Source: Bugula neritina (taxonomy: Eukaryota > Animalia > Bryozoa). Taken from it: DNA of 64,000 nt. Below are positions 11,387 to 25,300 of the stretch, one piece after another; the stretch's first letter is position 1, and each line of letters begins with the position of its first letter. Where the stretch lies: assembly GCA_964035545.1 (NCBI GenBank), contig OZ037767.1, positions 9,248,581-9,312,580 on the forward strand, read 5' to 3'. The notes under the pieces are model-generated. The model saw only the letters and a list, made by a program, of their open reading frames with translations. It did no database searches and was not told the DNA's origin. Both the position numbers and the translations under genes were made by a program.

Positions 11387-13844
11387 CAACCGTGCTCTTA
11401 CATCAAAATCTATAAAAAATTACAAATAAAAGTAAAAAATGTAGTTCAACCTTACCAACGTGAAAAATTTCCATGAAATTTAGTAGTATAATTTAGATGA
11501 AATTAAACCAAGCTTTTATACCATCTAAAGTATATCAGTTGCTTAAGCTTAAAACTGCATTTATGGTGCAAACAGTTGACAGCTTTTAAAACACCAAAAA
11601 TTACCAAACTAACCAATTAACTAACCAACTAACAAATTTACTCAAATTTAAAACTAATGTTCAGATAAACAAATTTTTCATACATTTTACTTGAAGATAT
11701 TTTATATAACTTTTATTTGCTTAATAAAGTTTTAACTTTTCCAAAAACTGCTACACTAACAGCACCGGAAATCAATGTGCTCAAAATAAAGGGTTAAAGA
11801 ATGAAAACTTGCAACAAAGCTGCGTAAATCTATTTTCTTATAATTTAGATCACTACTTGTATATGCAAGTTATGAGTTCCTTCTGCTTATAAACTTTTTT
11901 ATTTCCTCACTGTTCATTTATTTTTACTTTTATTTTGGTCTTAATACCATATTAATAATTCACCATTGCATGCAATTAAAGCTGACAAATTTACTCTGCA
12001 GATCATTAAGAATTAAAAACTATTATCTTTATAAACAACTTCAAAAACGATGGGATTAAATGGCGCAATTATGATGTGTAAAAAGTTTGAAAATTATTCA
12101 AGAACAAGAATTGCTGAATAAGTAGCAATCAGAAAATAAAAGCAGAATGGGTATAAAACAAACTGTTTTTGAATAAGTTTAAAAAATAAAAAGCCAGACC
12201 TTGTTTTCAAGATTGAATGCTATAAATCTTACACAATCTACATCTGTATCATTACCATGTTTCCTTGCAGTACAGAGCTTAGCGGTATTTTTGAAATTAT
12301 TTCCACGCAAGCCTTACCTACAAAACAGTCTGCATTTGATATATGGTTCAGCAACTGGTGGAATATTCCAGGGTATTACTTTTGATACCTAGCAACTAAG
12401 CATATTTTTTCTAATCTGATCGATCTTATGTTTTGAGAATTAAACTGCACTGATTTTTCAATCTGGCTGACAGTGTGGCATTTAGATAATACAAAATCCC
12501 AAATTAAAAAGAATATTAAAGTAAGATAGATTTAATAGCTATTTAAGCAGCTAACAACGTCAATATTTAGTTAAACAATCCTTGATACACTTCATTTATG
12601 CAGCATTAAAATATTCTGATATATTTATCTTTCATCTACATACTGTTTTAAGGTTGTATGCCCGAACAATTTTATTTTAAAATAAATTTTGTGCAAGTAT
12701 GTGCTGAATTTATTTGGGATTTTTTGTTGCTTGCAGATGACGTTTCTGGTCGGCTTTGGCTTTACTGCTATTATAAAACTTATACTGATCATATCTAACT
12801 TTCATTGCATTGCTACTTTTAGCTGCTACAATACACATCCTAATCACAGAGATGGCTTGAAAGTTGAAACTTTGATTAAAAATGATAATCGGGGCAAACT
12901 AAACATATCAATAGAACAAATAATCATTACTGATCCAGTAAAAGCTACAGTGATACTTGCACTCAGTATGGTATTAGTGCTCAAAGTTCAATTTAAACTT
13001 ATAGCCATAGTCATAGTGATGGTCATACTCATAATGGTTCCTATTATGATCATCATTATAATAAAATAGGCATAGTCGTAAGATAAATATAACATTAACT
13101 CATAACTGTCAGTGCTAGATACGCAGCTTTACATTGTAATTGTGATAGCAATTGTATACAAGTATATCTTTCTTTGAAGTTGAGAAAACTAAGAACTGTA
13201 AATTTTACTGCCACAGTGTAGTTAGTTGAATAAATTGCATCATTTAAAACTCAACTTCAACTTGAGTCTTAGTTTGGCTATTGCAAAACCATAAGACTTA
13301 TAATAATAGTTATTATAATTACATGTATAATGTATCAGTATAACACCAACAGTGATATTAATATTATATAGTATTAATTACTAGTTATTTTGACTATAAG
13401 CATACTTGTCAGATTGAAGCCACAGTGAATATTCATACTGACAATGCCAATAGCAATACCCAATAGACACTCACATTGTGATTCATAGTGTTATTGAACT
13501 AGTTAAAGTGACTGTAAAGTAAATGTCAAAGTTAATATAAATTTTAATAGTGATACTTACATTGATACGAATTTAAACTAACTCCGAGTGTAAAGTAATG
13601 TCAATGAGTAAATGAGTTATTGCTGAGCTTAATCATAATGAATTATTATTATTATTATTATTATAATCGTAATCTTATTAAAAATGATTAACTCTAAACT
13701 CTTAAGAGTAAGACTGAAGTGAAGGTCAATGTCTAAACTTAAAGCCAAAGGTTTACGTGTAAATAACTATACGTATTACTATTAGTATAAATTAGTTATA
13801 GTTATTCATACCTTAACAGTATTTTAATTTTAACTTATTTATCA

Positions 13845-14690
13845 GAACTATTCCAAAATGACATCAACGCTGTATATGAGTGGTCTATAAAATAAACAAT
13901 GCCCTTCAGTGAAAAAAAAATGCCAGGCAATTAATTTTGGTAAAGCAACCCCCATTGTAATCATATTACAAACTCGGTACCAGAAAGCCCTAAATATTCT
14001 GGGGTAACTATCTAGTCAGACCTACAATTTGATCAGCATATAAATGATAAGTGTACCAAGTCCTGGAAAGTCCTTGGAGGGATCAAGCATTTGATTTATG
14101 GTGCCCCAAAGGACGCTAAGCTACTAGCTTATACAAGTCTGTGTAAGTCTATACTTGATTATGCAGATGTGGTTTGGAATCCAAGGTGCATGATATAGAG
14201 CTGGTCCAAAACATCGCCATGCGATTCATAAGCAATATGAAGGGACGCACTGACAGTGTATCTGTGGCGAGAAATGAGTTATGACTCTGGTCGCTGGAAG
14301 ACAGAAGGAAAAATCATCCACTGTGTTTACTGACCTGAATTCTTCAGAATGAGGATCAAAACCAAACTCTATACAGAGTCTATGACGAGATTATTGAAGA
14401 CAGGGAGCTTGTAACTGTAACCACCCGAACGGCTGCTAAAGAAGAGCTTATCTCAATATCAGCTAGGAAAAACATGTTCCACACTAGTTTTCTGCCACGA
14501 AAAGTTTGTGAGACGTGACGAGAGTATAACAACTAATTACAAAACAGCAAATGCTGTAACAAGCGCCAACTGCTAACCCTGGTCTAATATAAGTTGTCAC
14601 TGGAAGCTTCTCTATAGACATTCTAGTTGCTGTGGAAGCCCGACTTTAACTGAGGTAATAAGCAGAGGAAAGTATTACTATTATTATTTA
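13845..14690 (+). mobile_element. 5'-truncated, degenerate non-LTR retrotransposon (CR1/L2-group-like RT C-terminus and 3' tail)
   Basis: LFQNDINAVYEWS..MPFSEKK, KY(S)GVTI*SDLQFDQHIND, KLLAYTSLCKSILDYADVVWNP, ELVQNIAMRFI, with stops and frameshifts. (TAT)n-like tail near 14672-14688. Confidence 0.8.
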
Positions 14691-16360
14691 CAGCAATGGT
14701 ATTACCATTAGTATAAAATTAGGTATAACATTAACTAATACTATAAGTATAACTGTATAATTATAAGTTGAATTAAATATTATATCAAATAATATTTAAT
14801 ATTATAATCGTAATAATAATTAGATCTATACAACAATATGAATAGTAATATTAGCTAGCCCATAGGCCATAACCCACAGGTCTAGGCATAAGGCATACTC
14901 ATACTGATACTGCAAGTGCATAGGCCTATCCGGATCCCTAGGCCTAGCATAAACTAAAACATATTGATATTCTGATATTTATCTTGATATTTATTCTCAT
15001 TCTGATTCATATTGAATTTGATATACAATATCAATATCATGATGATAGTGATTATCATAATGATATTTATATACTATTACATATTGATGTAGTGCAAGTT
15101 GTACTTGTGGTTGTACATTTACTTATACTATTAGTATCAGCATCACTATATAAATTTTGACTTCAAACGGGAAATAACAGAGCATGAACATCGCAGGAAG
15201 TGAGTTAAAATATTTATTCGTCAACTCGCTAGCGGCTCAACGCGATATCGAGGCAAGCGAGTACTAACCTTCATTCGCTTTTCAGAATAGAATCGCCAAG
15301 GTTTGACTAACAACTGGTAAGTAATATAAAAACCTTGAAGGCTTTGAATGGCAATGGAGCTAACTTGGATTATTTATTCAAAATTTAAATTAATTGTTTT
15401 ATATTAAGAAGTTGTGGCATGTACTCTATGTTTGAGAATTAAGAAAAATTAAAACTCGCCGATGCGCGTTGATGTTCATGTTTAGGTGTGGGTCATAACT
15501 CGTGTCAAATCTGAATTTAGTGTGAGTGAAAACGGTTTGCTCAATTTTGAATAAAGTTAATATTTTTTGTTTAGTAAGATTGTATAATTATGTTTTCTGT
15601 AGTTTATTGAACACGTAGAAAGTTACAGTGCTAAAACATGTTATTGAAAAGCGTAGGCTCAAAGGTGCTACCCCTTCCAATTACAATGATTCAATGCCGG
15701 TTACGCTTGCCCTGGCTTAGTGCCAATTGCTTATAGCGCTATTAGTATTACAACCACTAGTACGTCGGAATAACTTTCCTAATCATAACCGCTCTTTCGA
15801 ATATAATACTTATCATCATTGCGTGCGTGCGTAAGCATGCGTGTATAATATGAATATCGCTGTATCACTATCAGAGTGTACGACTATGTATATTAATAAT
15901 TATAATAGTGATGATAATAATAATTTTATATATTATTAGTATTGCAAGTATATATAATATAATAAAAATATATAATGCTGATTATCATTATGTTAAAAGG
16001 TAGATCTCTACCACCACAGGTCCAAAGGTGATATTAAGCACCATTAGCATATCTTACAGGATTTCTAACTCGCTCTAACTGCTAACAATTATTTTTAGTT
16101 ATTTCTACTCAATTAAAATTGCCTGCTCTCAGTATATTATGCTTGTTTGTACATGCTATTTTTGTTTTCCGGCGTCAAGTCAAATGTTGAGGCTATTGTT
16201 GCTTATTTTGTAAATCAATCTGTCTTTTTCTTCAGGCCTAATGAGATTTCACGTCACTTCGAACAAAGAGATAAGCTTGCATGCTAGTGCCAATACTAAT
16301 ACGACCTAGCAGCAGCGGACACTCACTTTGTGTATTGGGCAAAAAGTACTTGTAGCTATA

Positions 16361-19300
16361 ATGGCTCACAAGGTAAAAATTTATTCCTTACCAGGCTGAA
16401 CAAATGTAACAGTGATCTCTTGCTTTGTCTACGATCAGTAATATTGTTGTAGGCACATACTCTATTACCTTCAAATAAATATTCCAAAATAGATGGTTCA
16501 TCGATATATGTATGTATAATATATTTATTTATATATACAGGTGAAGGGAGGTGTAGCAGGAAATTGTACAATAAGCAAGTGGCTTGCTGAAAAAGATGGC
16601 AGCATTGAGTCAGAAACTGAACTGTCAACTTGTGAATTTTCCAAATTAAATATTTCACCTTCACTTCTACACAACAGACCACTCAGAAGTCAGTCAAAGC
16701 CCGGTAAAAGTTTTATCTTTGATTCATATAATATTGTGGCTTTCTCTAGCACTAATCAATGCCTATAAACTTTGGATTTTCAGAGTTCATTATTTTCCAC
16801 ATTTGAAGAGCTCTCCAATGTGTGATTTCAAAATATATTGAGCTGAAGTGTTGAGTACAGGAATGGATCTTTTTTTCACTGGCCTATCTAACTATGTGTT
16901 TTATGAAAGTGATTACCAAATAGAAAATATTTTAGCTGGAAGCTTCCATGTGTTAATTCTTGCACCGTGGTTAGTGCACTGTATTTGATTATCAAAATTG
17001 TGAGGCAATATAATTTTATAAAATTTATTTTATCTTTCATAAATATTACAACCTTTAATCTTTTGAATGAAAGAGAAATATTATGATGGTTTCAGCTAAT
17101 AGCCATAATTTAAGCAAAAAATAACTTTCAAGGGTGGTTGCTGGTTGGTCTACTGTCTATCCCTACTTTAAATTAACAATATGGAACTTAAATGCACTTT
17201 GCAGGATTCCCCCTTGGCCTTTTTTCTATAATATATTTGTAACCAGCATAAAAAATACCACAAACTGTTATATTTTGATGGCTTTAAACCAATTTTAATT
17301 TTTGATCCTAATCTAATAGTGTGTACCAAAGCAAAATGACTTTTTAGTGCATATCTATTAGTTTTGTTCTTGTGCCTACTTTGCACTTTTGCTTAGTACA
17401 AGTGAAAGGTTGTTTAATAGAGTTAGCTACAGAAAGCATTTAAGATGTTTTTTGCTTACAATATGAGTAATCTTTATAGTACATTCAAGATCTAATTTTA
17501 AGTGTTTTATGGAATACTTTCATACCTACTAAATGACATAAAAAAGCCTATATTCCCTTAAACATCGTAAGCATCCAGGTTATTTTGATAAAATCAATTA
17601 CTGTTAATTAAAAGATCATACTTTTTTAGTTGCATTCACAAAATATATACAAAAAATCTCAACTCAATATACCAGAAAAAATGAATTAAAATATATGTGT
17701 TAATAGCACTGATATTGACGTGACCGTGGCACATGAAAAATCTGAAAAAAGAGTTGTCTTCTTTTTTTCTATATTAATATATAGAGCTTGTCGTGAAAAT
17801 AAAGATTTTTTAAAAAAAATATTGTGACCCTCTGGTAACTTCCTGAATTTAGAAAATTAGCTCATATATTTCTTTTCATGTGGACAACAGCTCACTTTTT
17901 TTTAAATTTATTTTGAAGCTCTTTTCGTAAAAAATAATCAAAAGTAAAAAATCCAAAATTTTTACAACTTGGTTCGGGGCTTGACGTGAAAGGCATTTGG
18001 ACGAAGATGTCAAGGTCACCATTAATAAATTTATTTCATCACAATTCACAATACTGCACGGAAAGTTAATAAAGTGAGCTGAAAATTAGGTTGCTAGCAT
18101 ATTCATATTGATATACATTATATTGATTGTTGCAGTATTATTTTTTAAATTTGTTTTGTTATCAGTTATGTTTAACTTCTTCATAGAGCTGCTGTTAGAC
18201 TAAGAGTAAGACATAATATAAATATTTATATTAGCAACAATGATAATATTAAATTAAAATTATTATTAAATTCACGGTGAAGTATCACTATCACTATGAG
18301 TATAAGTATCGTATAAATTAATTATGAGTATGAGTATCACTATGACATTAACTCAATCAGTGATTGACTATTACTATGAATATGAATATGGCTTCTAATT
18401 CTTGTAACTTTTGACTATGACGATGCTCATGCTGATACTGATAGTGATAATCACTGCCAGCCCAAGTCTCATACTCATACTCATAGTGATACTATTACTA
18501 TTAATAATTAGTATTACTATTAGTACAACTACTAGCATTACTCATAGTTCTGATAATGATGCAGATGATAGTTTTAAAAGTTCTACTTCTACTTTTATAG
18601 TAAGCTAGATTGTATATTATGTTGAACTCGACTCATTTTTTACTACTAATTTGCTAATAGTAATACTAATAGTAATAGTAATACTAATAATAATTATAGT
18701 TGTTATAATGATAGTAATACTAATAGTAATAATAACTATTTTAATTTGATAATTTATGTTATATAACAGCATTATCGCTTATCATTTACATTGATTCATA
18801 ATATGCTTATTTTAATTTTGCTTTGTGTGTTTCGTCATGTTGTAAATTTAAGTTCGTATGGTTATTTAATGAACTAGAAAACTAGCCAAATGTTATGTAA
18901 CGGTTGCAGTAATTTACTATAAACTCAGTGAAATTTAAAACCTAATTGATATTACTATGACATTGATTGTACAGAGGTAGCTAAAATATACATTAAATTA
19001 CCAATAATTTTAACTCGCCAATACACTATGAGTAGAACAATCAAATGCAATGATAGAAAATTAATTAGTCATAGCAGCCCGTTGCTTGAGGAACATTAAG
19101 CTACAGGTCTAAAATGATGTAGTTTTCTGATCCCTTATATAACAAAATAATTTTTTTAAACTGGTTCAATACTTTTATTATAAACACGCTTATCAAAGTA
19201 ACATGTTTTTGATGTACAGTGATGTGAAAAAGTTTAAGGACGCTTGCAGAAATTTCCATGTATCTTGTTTAATAGGCGTTTCTTGTGTGTTCTTAATATT

Positions 19301-22300
19301 TTCCTGCAAGTTCTATATATTAAAATGACCCTTAGAATGTGTTCTACAGTTTCCACCTATTAATTTTTACTGTTGTTATGTTATCCACCTATTTTCGGGC
19401 CAACTACACAAGCAGTTAGCGAAGCGCAACTCCTGTATTTTTATGTAACCAAAGTTTATCGCTTTTTTTACCACAAAAAGCTAAATAGTGAAATTTGACT
19501 TTGTGCATGGCATCATGTTATCATAAAGTATGACTTCCCTTTATAATTTGAAATCTGTCATTTAGTTGTGAGCTTTTACATGGTGTCCACTTGGCTGCTG
19601 CGCATAGACAAAATGAGAGCTGCAAATCTTACTTCAGAAGCAAGGTTTGTAATAATTTTCTTGCATAAGGAGGGATATTCAATTAGGAAAATATCTGAAA
19701 AGGTTGGCAAAGCAAAGACAACTGTACATCAAATTATCAAGAAGTTTATGGAGACTGGCAGTGTAGCAGATGGACCTAAAAGTGGACGACTAAAAATAAG
19801 CACACCGAGAGATTACAAGGTTCTCATTGGGATCAGCAAAAAGGATTGCCATAAAACAAGTCATGAGTTGGCAAGGAAGGGTCAGAATCAACAAGAACAC
19901 CAGCTTAGACATTTCTGATGAGGTAAGATTGCTGAGCCTTGGTTTACATGGCCGCAAAGCAAGAGGAAGCCTCTACCAACCGAGAAGCAGCAAAAAAACC
20001 GTTTACGGTGGGCCAGGGAGTATGGTAGTTAGACAGTGAATGATTAGAAAAAAAGTAATTATTTCAGATGAATCCATATTTAATGTGAATAGTCATCCTG
20101 AAAAGATTGTGTTAGAAGATACCAGTATGAGAAATATAGCCGCCAATGTATACTTAGAACAATTAGGCACTCTATAATCAGTGTTATGTTTTGGGGTTGT
20201 ATAACATCAAAAGGTGTAGGTGGACTCAGTATTTGCTCTGGAATGATGTTAGTAGTTAGTACCCAAAAATATATAAATAATCTCAATGCTAAACTTCTTC
20301 CAATTATAAAAACCTTTTTTCCAGATGTAATTTACATATTTCAAGATGACAATGCACCATGTCATTGGTCGAAGAGTGTTAAAGAGTGAATAAAAAAGTA
20401 GACGGTCTCAACGCTCAACTGGCAAGCACGAAGCCCTGACTTGAACCCTATGAAATATTATGATTAAGAATGGCTAAAAAAGTCTTCTCAAAGAAGCCAG
20501 CAACTAAGGTGACACTCACAGAGTCTGTAATTCATGCATGGCATCATGTCATGACTGAAAATGAGTTGGAGAAGCTGTACGAGTCGATGCCTCGTCACTG
20601 TCGACTTCTGATTAGGAATAAAGGCTGGCCAACAAAATGTTGACACTAAAATTGAGTGCACTGTGTGTTGCAATGCTGCTATAAGGTGTATAACAAACCC
20701 CATAAAATATTTTTCTATATTTTAAGTAAAATATTCTGATGTCATACAGTGCACACAAATTGTAAGAACATCGAATAATTCCCATATACGGATAGTATTT
20801 CAATGTTTCACCCAAAATTTGAAAAAAATATAAAAAGAGACAGTAATAATTTATATAAATGAGATGAGGAGATCTTAGGGATCATTTTGATAGGCATCAT
20901 GCCTATGGAAATGTTTTTGTTATGTCTTAAAATTAACTTGGAACATTACTATTATGAAAAACAGTAAGGCGTCCTTAAACTTTTTCACAGCACTGTATAT
21001 TCTATTAAAGAAGCAATCACATCAGGTTTTCAATTTGTATGTTGTACAAAGTTTATTATGGTGACAAGTTATTAAATTATATGGTTCAGCTTTGTAAAGT
21101 AAAGCTGATAAAATAAAAACAATTATGTGATTGTTTTACTGCTATATATTAAATTTAAATGAGTTGAATAATATCCTAGTGCAGTGAATTAGATATTTTT
21201 TTAGCTTTGGTACACCTGTTTGTTATAGGCTAACATTCCACCAATAGAAGAATGGTGCAAGTAGAAGAAATTTCAGGCGCAGAAAGCTAAGGAGCAGTCA
21301 GAATGCTGCCAGAGTTGTGAAGAGGCTCTTGAAAAAGCTGAATTTCAATAATGACATGAAATTCGTAACAGATCACCCTGGTGTATTTGAACTGACATAG
21401 CCAGCAGAGTTCTCGAAGTCACATACAACAGCTATTTACATCATCATGGTTAGCTTAAATTTAATTCCTATATCAGTCTCTAATATATAGTTTGATATCT
21501 GCTGTAAATTTGCTTAAGGAGCATACACATAACCAAAACTGAGTTACACTATAGTATTTGTTCTTGAATATATTTACCAAGATAAGTAGATTTGCTAATT
21601 CATTAACAGTAAAATTATAATGATACAACAATTTTTCCTTTAGATGATTCAACCAATAACACAAAACACTACAACATGGTTTTGCAGTTATAGAGTATTA
21701 ATTTTCTGGCTCTTTCCAAATCTTCATAGAAGGCAAAGAAAACCACCGTCAGCTTGCCTTTATAACTGAGTGCACGCGTCTTCCACCTACAGATGATGAT
21801 AAACAATTTGCTGGTGTGGAACTTTCTAATTTTGTTTACAATGAAGATAGATTATAGGACATTATTCTTTATGTAAAGATTGTCAAGTTTTGTTATAATT
21901 AAGAACAGTTTTAGTTTCAATAAATCGGTTCACTATTATGGACATCATTGCACAAACATTTTAATCTTTACTATCTACAAAGGTATCTGATGGACTACTT
22001 GAAAATACAAAACTATGCTCCAGATACACAATGAACTGACCAGCAAAGTTAAAATGAGTTGGAGATGTAGAACATGATATCTTGTTCAAGGCTTTTCCCT
22101 GCTGTTGGAACCTTCTACTTCAGAACACTGAATTGAACAAACATATGTAGATGTATGAAACTTTGCAAACAATAATAATGTGAAATTAGTTGCTAAGTAT
22201 TACATTGCTAATAAATACAGCATTGTGTAATGTTTTATTTAATTTTTTTGGAGCCATTTGATCTATAGGCCTGCATAGTATTTACTATATTATAACTAAT

Positions 22301-25300
22301 AAATTGCAGACACATTATGTCAGACCAGTTTCCATTTAAATAGAATCGTGTAGGCTATCAAATTTGTAGAAGTAAAAACCCGCATTCTTATTGAGTAAAA
22401 TACTTGCCTTTTTTTTCATGATGCCTCTACTGCTAAAAAGAGAAGTTTTTATCAATACAGCTCCATCAATCTGTATCCTGATGAAGCTAGTAGTTTAGGA
22501 ACATTTGTGGCGGGGAGTGTAGGCTGAGCTGCAGTATAGGAAGAACCCCAACATATGTAATCTATTCAGCACATTATATGTATATTTATTCAAAAAAGAA
22601 TTTAGAAAATGCTTTATGAAGCATGAACAAAGTAAAAATTAATGCTGGTGAAAGTAATATTATTACACCCATTAGAATTACTAGCAGCTATAGCATTAAA
22701 ATTATGTATTTTTATAAAAATGTGTCTAATTTATGCTACAAAGTTATTACTGCCAAAGGTTACAAAATTTACCAGTCACATTCATGCAGCTGGCGGAGAA
22801 TAACTAACTTTCACATGCAATAAATACAATTAGTAGCTCAATCTAAAACTAATGCGCTATTAAATGTTAGGAGTATAAGTTATAGTTATTCTAAGGAATA
22901 ATTGCAAAAAAAGTTACTTAGAGGAATTTAACTCTTATTATAACGTAATTATCTTCCAAGATATATTACAACATCACTACTTGGATGCATACAATGTCAT
23001 ATTTATATTGGCATCAACATAATTTTCAATAATTTCCAATCTATTAACTTGAGCATTATGATTGTGATTATTTTATAAATAAGGCGATGATTAGGCACTG
23101 TTGGTATTTTGGTTCAATTTATTAATAGCTGTAACAGGCAGAGTTGTAAATAACATGGATATATCAAAATTCCAATGGGTATAGTACTCTAACACAACAT
23201 TGATACTAATAATTGTAGCCACTTACTCTTAGAGTTGGTGAATAATGATACAGTCATAACAATCTGAATTTCAATCAGCATTAGAGATAGGCTGACTGCT
23301 TTATAATATTATAGTTATGTCAAATTGAATTTATTCACTATAACTATAAAATTTATGATTATAATTATAAATTAAAATAATTTAAATATTATATAATATA
23401 TTGATAATTATTGGAATCATAATTATATTTATTGTTATGATCATTATGATTATAATTATTTAATATTATCTTTGTATTTAGAGTTGTTCCTTAAATTTAA
23501 AGTTGTTTAAGTTTTATAAATTTATTATAATTATATTACTGTATAAGTATTGCTATTAGTATTAGTATAATTAAATTATTATAATTTATATTTTATTATT
23601 TATATTATTATTTATTTTACTTTTTATTTTAAGACCAGCAGTTCAAATTAATACTGGTGTCGTTTGCTTTATATTATAACTTACAAGTATAACTATTAAC
23701 ATAATAATTTTACATTTGTTATTAGTATTACTATGAATATAAATATTTATATTAATATAAATATAGCTATTGGTATAACTTATACTTATAGTTATAACTA
23801 ATATTATAAGTATTAGTTTCGAAACTGATCCTGCTCCGTAACATTAACATACTGATACTGTCATATGATTATCATTATGACTAATAATAGTATTAATAAA
23901 TATAACCATTGAATATTATTAATAATAGTTCACCAATAGGCGATAGTCATAGACTTAGAGTTAGAGTGAAAGTCATAGACATAGACTAGTGATACTCATA
24001 CTGATACTGTGATTCAGTTTCACTGATTCAGTTACAAATTTTAAAACTTGGTTTTACGTAGACAACTACTAACCTATAATTCATCACAAAACGGTTGAAA
24101 ATCATCATTTACTGCATATTAAGAGTAATTTTCTGGTAGTGTGGTCGACATGATAATTGAAATTAAAATAGGGAAAATAATTATTTTGTGATTTACAGCA
24201 AGTTACAAACTAGCGAAATGGAATAGTCCATTTGAAAACAGTCAAATTAGTTACCTTTCTTGATGTTGCGTAGCTAACGTTAGTTATTAGTAGCCGCCCG
24301 AAGAGTAACATTCATGTGATTTGAACTACGAATAACGAGAATCTGTGACAAACCCGCTTCTTAATAACTTTACGCGATATAAACTCACGCTACAATAGGG
24401 CTATTTTGCCATCCCCACGTCAGAATAGGACACGGAGGGCACGCTCGCGGGCAAGTCTGGGCAAGTCCAAGACACCTAATATGACCACTTTTACTTACAT
24501 TTTTTTAGTGTTTTCGTATAAGAAATTGAATAAAATGCTGATAAAACAGTTGAAAAGCATGCAAACTTTTGCTCAAATGTAATAAATAACCTGGAAGCTT
24601 ACCGCCTTTAAATTCCCCCACCACTTATGGTAAAAAGGAAAATCCTGATATCACCAATTATCTTTTGGAATTCAAACTACAGACAGCTAATTCTTCAACA
24701 GCTAGACAACCACTGCCCTCATAATGTAGGACAGTAACATTTTTTTCTGCTTATGAAAAGCAACACTAATAAAAAGTGTTCAACTCTTGGCAGTTGGGTA
24801 TTGAAATGATTTTTACATCCAAAATTTCGTGTAATGGCTTATTCAGTAATGGTGGAATTTTAATAAACAAGTTGAATGTTTCCCCAACATCTATTTTAGC
24901 AGTTGCTACCTGCTATTATGGTATACACGAAGTTTATTACAAAGGAACTGTATTGGCTCACAGTCAAAGGAAATTCCAGGCACTCGTTCAACTTTTTTCT
25001 GGCATTATGCCAACATAATTTTGTGTAACTCAATCGGTAATTGGTTGATTGCCATTAAGTGTAGCCGTGATAGTTTCTCAGCCATTGAACTTCTAGGCTA
25101 AGTAGTCGGTCAGCCCAAAATATCTAACCTTGCCAGGTTACCTGCTTTGTCTTGATCAACCAAAACAATGCAAAGTTGACAGAGCTTTTAGTTACACATT
25201 TAAACTCAGCAGTAATTAGCAGTATTTCAGTCATCTCAACTCTCAAAATTGCGCAATCCAATGTCTAGTACAGTATTCTCATCATTTGGCTCAGCATTGC

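Larger units (their letters stand above)
17562..24607. mobile_element. Degenerate Kolobok-like DNA transposon (~7 kb including the nested Tc1)
   Basis: TTAA at 17558-17561 and 24608-24611. Inverted ends ACATCGTAAGCATCCAGGTTATTT and AGGCGGTAAGCTTCCAGGTTATTT match at 19/24 (core 18/19). Contains a KolX/P2X7-ballast-like pseudogene. No recognisable transposase remains. Confidence 0.6.

Noticed and set aside
12689-13069. Hydrophobic 126-aa ORF (and 18411-18608) as membrane proteins
   Set aside because: The Ile/Val/Met richness comes from the periodic low-complexity tracts; non-ATG starts and no exon support.
21950-24340. Kolobok transposase / THAP remnants on the minus strand
   Set aside because: Only vague exon-like fragments; no DDE or C2CH motif could be read with confidence.
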